Below, piece after piece: positions 41,561 to 50,292 of a stretch of DNA of 64,000 nt. The DNA comes from an uncultured delta proteobacterium. GTDB taxonomy: Bacteria; Desulfobacterota; Binatia; DP-6. Positions within the stretch are counted from its first letter, which is position 1. Every line of letters starts with the position of its first letter. A program made the position numbers and the translations under genes. Where the stretch lies: NCBI GenBank assembly GCA_963815115.1, contig CAWFFN010000005.1, positions 416,001 through 480,000 of the forward strand, written 5' to 3'. The notes below the pieces were generated by a model. It was not told the DNA's origin and searched no databases. It saw only the letters and a program-made list of their open reading frames with translations.

Positions 41561-43718
41561 TCAGTCTAGCAGATCATGCGAGTCGTCCAGGAACGCCCGG
41601 CTCGGACTGCCATAGATCGTGGTCGAGGTGGTGGTGGAGGTCGTAGTGGTGGTGGTCGGCGCCGACGTGCTCGTGGTGCTGCTGGTCGTCGTGGTCGTCG
41701 CCTGCGTGGTCGTCGTCGTGGTGGAGCTCGGGTTCTTGGTCGACGGCACGCAGAACCGCGGGCGATGCGACAGGCGGACGCCGTTCAGCGGTCCAAACTG
41801 GTTGTTGAGCCAGACTACCTTGGTGCCGAAGGGTGCGTCCCCCTTCGCCTTGTAGCACATCAGGTGGAACGGGTGCTGGTCGGCTCCGGGCTCCTCGCCC
41901 CGCTTGTTGACCGGGGCGCACAGGTCCGAGGGCTTCGTCAGGGAGATCACGCCGGTGCCGAACTGGTCCTTGACGTTGACGCTGACAATCTTCGTGAACT
42001 TCGGGAAGCCCTTCGACGCGCTTCACCTTGTAGCACTGGAAGTGGTCGACTGCCGGGTCGGTCGGCGCCGGCGGAGCCGGAGCGGTGAGGGTCTTGGCGC
42101 TCGGCACCATGAGCAGGGAGGGCTTGACGACGTCGACGTGGAGGGTGCCGAACTGGTTCACGATCGTCTGGTTGATCTTCTTCACGGACGGGCCCTTCAA
42201 TTTGTACAGGGTCAGGTGATCGGGGTGCAGGTCGGCGCCGGTCGGCATCCTCGCCGTTCTTGTCGGCGGGCGCGCACAGGAAGTGCGGCTTGCTCACGGT
42301 CCCGGACGACGTCCCGAACTGGTCGACCAGGCTCACGTTGGGGACCGTCGTGAACGGCGTCGGCAGGATCTCGTAGCACGCGAAGTGGTCGGGCGGCGTC
42401 GGGCAGCCGTTCGAGATGTGCGACTGGTTGCAGACCCCTGCATCGCACCCCGCTACCGTGCAGACGTTGCCGTCGGTGTCGGGGCCGCACGGCGTGCTGT
42501 CGGGCACGTTCGGGTGCGTGCACTGGCCGTTGGCCGGGTTGCACGGTGGATCCTGCGTGCACTGGTTGTTGTCCGGTGGGCAGACGGTGGTCTGGTGCGT
42601 CTGGACGCACTGGCCCGCCTCGCAGCCCGCGGCGGTGCAGGCGTTGTGAGTCGGCGTCGGTGCACGGCGTGCTGTTGGGCCCGTTCGGGTGGTGGCACAT
42701 GCCCGTCGTCGGGTCGCAGGCCAGGTCGTCGGTGCACTCGTTGCTGTCCGGGTGACAGGGCGTGTTCACGTGGGCCTGGACGCACTGGCCGACCTCGCAG
42801 CCCGCCTTCGTGCAGGCGTTGCTGTCGGTGTCGGTGCACGGCGTGCTGTCGGGCAGGTTCGGATGGGGGCACATGCCCGTCGTCGGGTTGCACGCCAGGT
42901 CGTCGGTGCACACGTTGTTGTCCGGGGGGCAGGGCGTGGTTACGTGGTTCTGGACGCACTGGCCCGCCTCGCAGCCCGCCATGGTGCAGGCGTTCTGGTC
43001 GGTGTCGCCGCACGTGCGTGCTGTCGGGCTTCGGGCTGTTGTCGCAGCCGGTGACGAGGTCAGTCGAGGCGGTGAACTGCACGGTATTCAGAGCCATGTT
43101 GCAGCCCAAGGCTCCGGCATTGCACAGATCGTTGACCCCCACGTTCCCCTGGTCGGGCAGCGGATCGGGATCGTTGGGCTGGATCACATAGGCGTTCGAG
43201 ACGGAAGGTCACGATGCCAGCCGTGGCGGTTGCCCGGCAGTGGCAGGTTGCCGCAGCCGCTGTCGGAGTTGGGCACGACGAAGAACGAGCCGGCCGGTCC
43301 CACGAAGCAGGGGAGCGCCGGACCCGCGCAGCAGACCGCATTCCCGAACACGCCGCTGATCGGCAGGTTGCCGAGCCCCGGGGGCACGCGCACGTTGTCG
43401 CCGCCGAAGTCGGCGACGTCGAAGGACGAGGCGATCTTCGTCGTGTCGCCGCAGGTGTCGGCGTGCCCGAGGCTGATCGTGCAGTTCGTGACGTTGCTGA
43501 TCGACGTGTCGCAGATGTCGTTGGTACACTCGAGCCCGTCGACGCAGTCGGCGTTCGGTGGCGCAGCTTCGCTTCACGCTCTCGCAGGTCTTGAAGATGC
43601 TGGCTCCGTGCTGGCACGGTTGCGCCTCCACCGGGGAAGGCCCGATGATGCCGAGTGCGGCGACGACAACTGCGGCGAACCCGGTGACTCCGAATCTCCT
43701 GGCGCTTTCCCTGTTCAT
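41561..43718 (-). CDS. Secreted Cys-rich repeat protein (~715 aa) with DHFxCY/xQFG repeat domain, Thr-rich linker and GSPSRAFL tail; about 7 frameshifts
   Basis: GGAGG RBS; signal peptide MNRES...PVEA-Q; ORF fragments 43209-43718, 43184-43393, 42453-43187, 42212-42982, 41947-42507, 41574-42248 and 41561-41950 join into one protein when single bases are removed. Confidence 0.72.
42410..43030 (-). repeat. Tandem 174-bp (58-aa) Cys-rich coding repeat, about 3.5 copies
   Basis: TGGACGCACTGGCC anchor at 42602, 42777 and 42951; unit DSTPCTDTD.N.CT.AGCE.GQCVQ.H..T.C.PD.N.CT.D..C.P..G.C.HPN. Confidence 0.85.
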
Positions 43719-44009
43719 CTCGCTGGCCTCCCCCTCGCTCGACGAGCGAGCACGCGTGTCGCTAGTTCCCTCGGTGCAGGACCGACTCTAGATGGTGTGG
43801 CGTCTCTCAGAAGGCAGGCCATTGTCAAGGAAAAAATGCTGGAAAGCGTGGGACGCCCCTGCCACCCTCCGTGGAATCGTTGGACAAATGGTGTCAACGG
43901 AGAGCCGCTGAGGGCCGGCCCGGTAGGCCGGAGACACGGCGACGGCCCTGAAACAAACCGTTGTCCGACGCATCGGAGGTCAGGTTAGATCAGGGCGGTG
44001 GAGCTGGCG

Positions 44010-45417
44010 ATGGACCCGACGGCCGCGACGACCGGGTCAGGCGTCTCTTTGCAAATCCAGTCGTTTAGCTCCGTCGCGCGACGGGGATGGCGCGCGGCGC
44101 TCTCGGCACTCTTCACCCTCGGGATCGTGCTTCACCCACCGGCGGCGCGCGCCAAGACCTACTACGTCCGCCAGACGGTCGGCGACGACGCCAACGACGG
44201 CCTCACGCCGGCGACGGCATGGAAGCACTTCTCCCGGCTCTCGCCGACGATGACCGCGGGAGACACCGCGTTCGTCGGGCCCGGCCTCTACCGTGAGCAG
44301 GTCTCGGTCGAGCACGACGGAACGCCCGAAGGGTCATCTCACCTTCATCGCGGACACCACCGGCCAGCACACCGGCGATCCGCCCGGGGTGGTGATGGTG
44401 GCCGGCTCGGAGCCGGTCGACGGGAAGATCTTCACCCCGGCGGGCCACCGGGGGTGTATTCCGCCAAGTTCCCTGCCTGGAAGGTGTGGGGCGCGGTCGA
44501 GATGGACGGCCCCCAGCAGCGCTACGAGAGCGTGCTCATCACGAGCGAGAACCTGGTGGAGAAGATGGCCCCGGTGGACATCGTGGCCAAGCTGCCGTCG
44601 AGCTGGTTCTACGACGACGACACCAAGGTGCTCACCCTCCACACGAGCGACGGCCGCCCGCCGGCCGAGCACGAGATGGAGCTGATCCAGCGGGGTGACG
44701 GTATCTTCGTCCGGGGCAAGCATCACGTGACGGTGATCGGCTTCACGTTCCGCCACATGCAGGACGCGGGGGTGAGCTTCTTCATCGACTCGGGCGACGG
44801 CGTGATCATGGACGTCACGTCCTGGGGGAGCCGGCAGGGCGTCAGGGTGTACGGGGCGAACGAGCGTGTTCCTCTACGGCAACACGCTCTTCCGCAACGA
44901 GAACTCGGGCGTCTACTTCGCTGCCAAGTCGGTGAACGGGCTCGCCGTCGGCAACACGGCCTACGAGAACGTGAAGGGCCTGCGCTGGAGCAGCGACTCG
45001 GCCGGCGGCATGGCGATCGACAACGTGCTCTTCGACAACACGGAGCGCGGCATCTCGATCGAGAACGCCGACGGCGCCATCCTGCGAGGCAACCGGCTGG
45101 TGGACAACGCGGTCTCCCAGCTCCTGGTGCTCCAGACCCGCTACACCTCGGAGGACAACTGCTTCGCCAACGGGGGCGACAAGCAGCTGGTGGCCGACTT
45201 CACCCCCTTCGGTCCGCTCGACCGCTATCCCACGCTGCCCGAGTACCGCGCCGCCAAGGGACAGGACCTGCACTCGCGCTGGGGATCGTGCGGCCCCCTG
45301 CCGGCGAAGGTCGACGTGCACGCCCTGCACGCCGCCGCGCTGGCGTATCCGGGAAAGCCGCCCGCCGCCCAGACGGCGGGCGCCGGCGGCTGGCTCGACT
45401 GGCTGCGGGGGCGGTGA
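44010..45417 (+). CDS. Secreted right-handed parallel beta-helix protein (pectin-lyase-like/NosD-like fold); about 3 frameshifts
   Basis: TYYVRQTVGDDANDGLTPATAWK, AGDTAFVGPGLYRE, then N-rich beta-helix coils (GNTLFRNENSGVYF, NVLFDNTERGISI); frame changes near 44332, 44447 and 44860. Confidence 0.7.
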
Positions 45418-45429
45418 GCCGGGCGCCGG

Positions 45430-46455
45430 TCAGCCGGCGTGCGGCATCGTGAGCACCGAGCGGAAGCGGACGCGCCCGGTGATCATGCGGTCGTAGGCCT
45501 CCGCGACGCGCTCGAGCGGGAACGTCTCCACCATGGGGCGGATGCCCGAGCGCGCGCAGAACTCCAGCGTCTCCTCCGAGTCCTTGGCGTGCCCGCTCGG
45601 CCAGCCCTGGATCGACCGGCGCATCAGCACGATCGCGAGCGGCGAAACGCTGATCGGCTCGGGCGCCACGGCAACCACCAGGAGCTGTCCCCCGACGCCG
45701 AGGCCCCCGACCATCTCCTCGATGGCGCGGCCGCTGGGTGCGGTCGCCAGGACGACCTTCGCCCCCCCCATCTCGGCCAGGCGCTTCGCCGCGTCGCTCG
45801 CCGCGGCGTCGATGTACTCGTGCGCCCCGAGCTTGGTCGCGAGCGGGCGCTTGTCGTCGCCGCGCGCGATGGCCACGGTGTGGAACCCGAGCTTGGCCGC
45901 GAACTGGACCCCGAGGTGCCCGAGGCCGCCGAGGCCCTGCACGGCCACCAGGTCGCCGGGACCGGCAGGGGAATGGCGAAGCGCGTTGAATGTCGTGATG
46001 CCGGCGCACAGGAGCGGGGCCGCCTCGGCGTCGGTCAGCCCCTCCGGCACCCGCACGACCGCCTCGGCGCGAGCCAGCATGTACTCGGCGTAGCCGCCGT
46101 CGTAGCTGACGCCGCAGACCTTCTCCTCGCGGCAGGTGACGAAGTCGCCGACGCGGCACGACGGACAGATGAAGCAGTGGCCGCCATGCCATCCGACCCC
46201 GACCCGCTCTCCAGGCTTCCAGGGCCGCACGCCGGCGCCGATCGCGGTGACGATGCCGACGACCTCGTGACCGGGCACCCGGGGGAGCTGCAGGCCCGGG
46301 AACTGGCCCTCCTTCACGACGCTGTCGCTGTGACAGACTCCGGAGGCCGAGACCCTGATCTCGACTTCTCCCGGGCCCGGCGCGCGGCGCTCGCGGGTGA
46401 CGATCTCGAAAGTGCCGCCGGGGGAGGAGACCTGGACCGCACGCATCGTCGCCAT
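45430..46455 (-). CDS. Zinc-dependent alcohol dehydrogenase (MDR family)
   Basis: GVCHSD, PGHEVVG, structural zinc CxxCxxC...C, PLLCAGIT, GLGGLG. Confidence 0.94.
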   Translation of the reverse strand: MATMRAVQVSSPGGTFEIVTRERRAPGPGEVEIRVSASGVCHSDSVVKEGQFPGLQLPRVPGHEVVGIVTAIGAGVRPWKPGERVGVGWHGGHCFICPSCRVGDFVTCREEKVCGVSYDGGYAEYMLARAEAVVRVPEGLTDAEAAPLLCAGITTFNALRHSPAGPGDLVAVQGLGGLGHLGVQFAAKLGFHTVAIARGDDKRPLATKLGAHEYIDAAASDAAKRLAEMGGAKVVLATAPSGRAIEEMVGGLGVGGQLLVVAVAPEPISVSPLAIVLMRRSIQGWPSGHAKDSEETLEFCARSGIRPMVETFPLERVAEAYDRMITGRVRFRSVLTMPHAG

Positions 46456-46512
46456 GGCGTGGACCGTATCCGACGATACGGCTGAGGCAACCCTTCCTGC
46501 GGACCCCGAAGC

Positions 46513-46550
46513 TGAAGCCCCCGGGTCCCTTTCGAGACCCGGGGGCTTCA
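46513..46550 (-). terminator. Strong hairpin downstream of the 46575-48167 gene
   Basis: Perfect 15-bp stem TGAAGCCCCCGGGTC/GACCCGGGGGCTTCA with 8-nt loop; U-tract is weak. Confidence 0.7.
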
Positions 46551-46574
46551 CGTGCAGTGCGGACGAGTTGTCGC

Positions 46575-48167
46575 TTACGGGCTGGCTACGAAGACGCCAG
46601 GCAGGCTGATGGCTCCGGGCCCGGGTAGGCTGGCCGCGGCGTCCACGAGTCCGTTGTTCGTCTTCGCGATGCAGAAGACCGACGCAAGTGTCGCGGCCGT
46701 CGGAACCCCGGTTGCAACTGGCCCGGCGGGCACGCCCGTCTCCGTGATGGCGCGGCAGGTTGGCGCGCCGAAGCAGCCGGTGTTCTGCTGGTTCAGGCAG
46801 AAGGATCCTGCCGCCGTGACGTTGTTGACGGTGCCGGTCGTGAGCGGCGCGAGATTGACGTTGATCGGACCCGTGTGCGAGCCGTCGATGCACGGGCCGT
46901 TCCCGCCGATGCCGCAGGGATGCGTGGCGTCCATCCCGCCGGTGAGGCAGTCATTGGTCAGGCCGACCGAGTTCTGAGATACGCAGGCCTGGCCGGTCCT
47001 GGGGCCGCGGTCGCAGGTGCCCGTGGCAGGACTGGCCGGGGTGCCGTGGACCGGCGTCCCGCCAGAGCGGCACCGCGGGCAGGGCTGTCCGAGGTTGCCG
47101 GTGACGTAGATGTCCGAGATCAGGGGGACGCTGGTGATCGACGTGCCGTCGGTGCGATTCACGGTGCCGGTCGCCGGCGCGGACCAGCTGTTCAGCACGC
47201 AGGTGGTGAGGGTGGCGGCCGCCGGGTTCGGGATCTCGAGCGGCGTCCCGAACTTGCACCCCGTGTTGGTGCAGTCGAAGCCGACCCCGGCCTTGGTCGT
47301 AGGCCCGAGCGTGCACACCCCGGTGACGTCCGGGCATGCCAGCGTGAACCGGCTGGTCGAGCCGTCGGGCGTCGGACCCTCGGGTACGATGGAGGCGCCG
47401 CCACCGATGTTGAGACCGCCGCACGTGAGGTTCCTGATGATGGCGTTGGTGCCGTCCTTGATGCTACCGCAGATACCGCCAGCGGCAGTGAGGGTGAAGT
47501 CGAGGTGTGGAGTCAGGTCGTTGAAGACGTCGAGGGAGAACGCATCCACCTTCGCCTCGAGGGCGTCGCTGTCGTGCATCGTGAGGCACGGCGGCTTCGC
47601 CTCCAGCTTCGCGAAGCAGCCCTTCGACGGGTCGGCGCCGCCGTCGAACTTGTCCTGCGCCTTCTGGATGCACTCCTGATCGACCGGCGTGCCCGAGCTG
47701 GCGGCCTTGCCGTAGCAGCCGAGGATCGCCTTCACCTTGTTGGCGACGCACTTCTTCTTGCCGGCGGAGCACTTGTTCAGGACAGGCGTCGGATAGCCGG
47801 GATCGAGCTCATTCACGACGTCGAGCACGAAGGCGTCGACCTTCGCCTCGAGCGGCGTGGCATCTCCACCCGTGGAGCACGGAGACTTCACGAGATCCTT
47901 CTGGGCCTTGTCCATGCAGCCCTTCTGGTCGGCAGGGGAGGAGAACTTGATGTCCGCCTTGCTGACGCACTCGGGATCGACCGCCACGTCCTTGGTCTCG
48001 GCCTTGTTGTGGCAGCTGAGCAGCGCGGTGGCCTTGGTGACGGCGCATTTGATCTTCGCGGAGTTACACTTCCCGGTCGGCGGTCCCTTGGCGTCGGCGC
48101 CGACGGTGCCAAGCAGGAGAGCCGCCGCCGACATCGCGACCGCTCCGAGCATCGAGAATCTCTTCAT
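46575..48167 (-). CDS. Secreted Cys-rich protein (paired Cys/helical module plus conserved C-terminal beta/Cys domain); paralogue of 50293-52461
   Basis: AAGGGGG RBS; signal peptide MKRFSMLG...ADA-K; GLNIGGG, FGTPLEIP, CPRC, ends LPGPGAISLPG. Confidence 0.8.
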   Translation of the reverse strand: MKRFSMLGAVAMSAAALLLGTVGADAKGPPTGKCNSAKIKCAVTKATALLSCHNKAETKDVAVDPECVSKADIKFSSPADQKGCMDKAQKDLVKSPCSTGGDATPLEAKVDAFVLDVVNELDPGYPTPVLNKCSAGKKKCVANKVKAILGCYGKAASSGTPVDQECIQKAQDKFDGGADPSKGCFAKLEAKPPCLTMHDSDALEAKVDAFSLDVFNDLTPHLDFTLTAAGGICGSIKDGTNAIIRNLTCGGLNIGGGASIVPEGPTPDGSTSRFTLACPDVTGVCTLGPTTKAGVGFDCTNTGCKFGTPLEIPNPAAATLTTCVLNSWSAPATGTVNRTDGTSITSVPLISDIYVTGNLGQPCPRCRSGGTPVHGTPASPATGTCDRGPRTGQACVSQNSVGLTNDCLTGGMDATHPCGIGGNGPCIDGSHTGPINVNLAPLTTGTVNNVTAAGSFCLNQQNTGCFGAPTCRAITETGVPAGPVATGVPTAATLASVFCIAKTNNGLVDAAASLPGPGAISLPGVFVASP

Positions 48168-48442
48168 AACTACGACCCCCTTCGTGTCTTCTGAAATTGG
48201 TTTCGTGAACCGGAGCCCGGGCGAAAGAACGTCCAATCGGATGCTCCTCGATACCCTGGAGGTCCGACTCCGCGGCGTCAACGGTCCGGCCGGCGATCAA
48301 CGCGCCGGGCGACCTGGCGGTGCGCGAGAGGATGCTCCAAGCGCTGGCGATTGGCGAAGCGCGCGAGAAGCCCGCGCCGAGCCCGTGAGCATGCGGGCGC
48401 GGTACGGCCTTTCGCCGGGAACATCGCGAGATGATCTTGAGC

Positions 48443-48502
48443 AGACTGACATGTCAGTCTCCAGCTGGTGTCCCTCCGACAGGCGTTGATGTCAAGAGGT
48501 TT
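48443..48502 (-). promoter_or_regulatory. Promoter/operator: AAACCTCTTGACA (-35) plus perfect palindrome AGACTGACATGTCAGTCT
   Basis: 18-bp perfect palindrome at 48443-48460; TTGACA on the minus strand at 48490-48495; same pair found at 52519-52575. Confidence 0.8.
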
Positions 48503-48571
48503 CTTCAGGCCTGGGGGAAGGGCAGGGAGCGGCGGGTGGAGCCTGGCACCGCGACCGCCTAGTATGCCGGC

Positions 48572-49855
48572 GTGCCTGCGCGCGTCGAGTACGTGACCAC
48601 CGCTGACGGCGTGCGGATCGCCTACTCCAGGCGTGGCAGGGGACGTACGGTCGTCTGGATGCCCCCGCTGCCAGCCCGTCACCTCGAGCTGGAATGGGAG
48701 CAGCCCGGAGATCGTCGATGGCTCGAGTGGCTGGCGAGCCGCTACACCCTCGTGCAGTACGATCCGCGCGGTCTCGGGCTCTCCGAGCGCGCCGTCACCT
48801 CCTTCTCGCTCGACGACTTCGAGCGCGACATCGACGCCGTCGTCGAGCGGGTTGCGACCGAGCCGGCGATCCTCTTCGCGAAGGTCAACGCAGGGCCGCT
48901 CGCCATCGCGTACGCTGCCCGGCACCCCGAACGGGTCTCTCACCTGATCCTCTGGTGCGCGACGACGAGGGTCGCCGATGGCATCGGCGGCCACCTGGAG
49001 GCGCTGCGCGGCCTCGCCGAGCAGGACTGGGAGCTGTTCCTTCACACCGCGGCGCACCTGGTGCGGGGCTGGTCGGCGGGCCAGTCCGCGGAGCAGGCGG
49101 TGACGCTGCTGCGAGCCGCCATGAGTCCGGACGCGGTCCCCGCCCTGGTTCGCGATGCGTTCCCGATCGACGTCACGGACCGCCTTCCGCTGGTTCGGTC
49201 GCCGACCCTCGTCTGCCACCGGCGGGGGGTCACGTGGGTTCCGATGGAACGCGCCGTCGAGCTGGCGTCGACCATTCCCGGAGCGCGCCTGGTGCTGCTC
49301 GATGGTACCTCGATGGCGATGTGGTCCGGCGGGCTGAGCGACGTCATCCACGCGTTCGAGGACTTTCTGGGGGCCGCCGAGCCGGACGAGCGTTCGCCCA
49401 ATCTGCCCCCGGAGACGTTCCGCTATGAAGGGGACTACTGGACGCTCGCCTACGGCGGCCGCCTGTGTCGGCTACGCGATGCCAAGGGGTTTCATCACAT
49501 CGCTCACCTGCTGGCGCACCCGGGAGAGCACATCGCCGCTCTCGATCTCCTGACGGCACTGGAGCGGGACGCATCGCCCCCCCTCGTCCACTCCTCCAAC
49601 GGCGCAATGGCGTCGGTCGCCGGTGACGCCGGACCAATCCTCGACGGACACGCCAGAGGCGCCTACCGGGATCGGCGTGCCGCCTCGGCTGCCGAACGAG
49701 CGCGTCTGACGGTGACCAAGCGCATCAAGGGCGTCCTCGAGCGCATCGGCTCTCGCCATCCCGCGCTCGCCGATCATCTCGCTCGCACCATCAGGACTGG
49801 CCTGGTCTGCGCCTACATTCCCGATCCAGACCGGACGGCTCACTGGTCGCTCTGA
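48572..49855 (+). CDS. Alpha/beta-hydrolase-fold sensor fused to a C-terminal regulator-type domain
   Basis: TADGVRIAY, YDPRGLGLS, PTLVCHR; no GxSxG (FAKVNAGP at that position); C-terminal FRYEGDYW...KGFHHIAHLL.HP...AERAR.TVTKRI...IRTG.VCAY.P as in many AAA/HTH regulators. Confidence 0.75.
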   Translation: MPARVEYVTTADGVRIAYSRRGRGRTVVWMPPLPARHLELEWEQPGDRRWLEWLASRYTLVQYDPRGLGLSERAVTSFSLDDFERDIDAVVERVATEPAILFAKVNAGPLAIAYAARHPERVSHLILWCATTRVADGIGGHLEALRGLAEQDWELFLHTAAHLVRGWSAGQSAEQAVTLLRAAMSPDAVPALVRDAFPIDVTDRLPLVRSPTLVCHRRGVTWVPMERAVELASTIPGARLVLLDGTSMAMWSGGLSDVIHAFEDFLGAAEPDERSPNLPPETFRYEGDYWTLAYGGRLCRLRDAKGFHHIAHLLAHPGEHIAALDLLTALERDASPPLVHSSNGAMASVAGDAGPILDGHARGAYRDRRAASAAERARLTVTKRIKGVLERIGSRHPALADHLARTIRTGLVCAYIPDPDRTAHWSL

Positions 49856-49972
49856 GCCGCCGGTTCACGCGGTGCGTTTCACGCCGAGTGGACGAGGGCG
49901 ACGCAGCGGAGTAGGGGACGCCGGCTCGGGAGCTCGGCTGGGCGACAAGAGGGGCAACCGCTGGCGAGTCTG

Positions 49973-50006
49973 GAACTGGGCCGAAGCTGTCACTTCGGCC
50001 CAGTTC
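49973..50006. other. Perfect 14-bp intergenic hairpin
   Basis: GAACTGGGCCGAAG-CTGTCA-CTTCGGCCCAGTTC. Confidence 0.7.
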
Positions 50007-50230
50007 ACCCGACACGCCGCCTCGCTCAAAGTGCCCGCGACGCGCCCGGAGGACTCAGGGCATAACCCCACTGACTACCTACATCTCTCGACTTCCCGCA
50101 GCAAGCGGCGGCCCCCAACTCCGGATTGGCTCGGTGGCAGACATCGAGCCCTGAATCGACCTGCCGCGGATGGAGTTCGAGCGGGGATTCATCGCTGCCG
50201 TCCCGCGAGGCGCGTGTCGCACACGTCGGC

Positions 50231-50266
50231 GCTCCCGGCGCCGGCCAGATGGCCGGCGCCGGGAGC
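50231..50266 (-). terminator. Hairpin downstream of the 50293-52461 gene
   Basis: GCTCCCGGCGCCGGCCA/TGGCCGGCGCCGGGAGC perfect inverted repeat 26 nt past the stop; no U-tract. Confidence 0.65.
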
Positions 50267-50292
50267 CCGGAACGCTGGAGCGATGCGTCCGA

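Noticed and set aside
46513-50266. Long hairpins as a REP/MITE family
   Set aside because: The stems at 41497, 46513, 49973 and 50231 share no sequence, and most sit just after stop codons, consistent with terminators.
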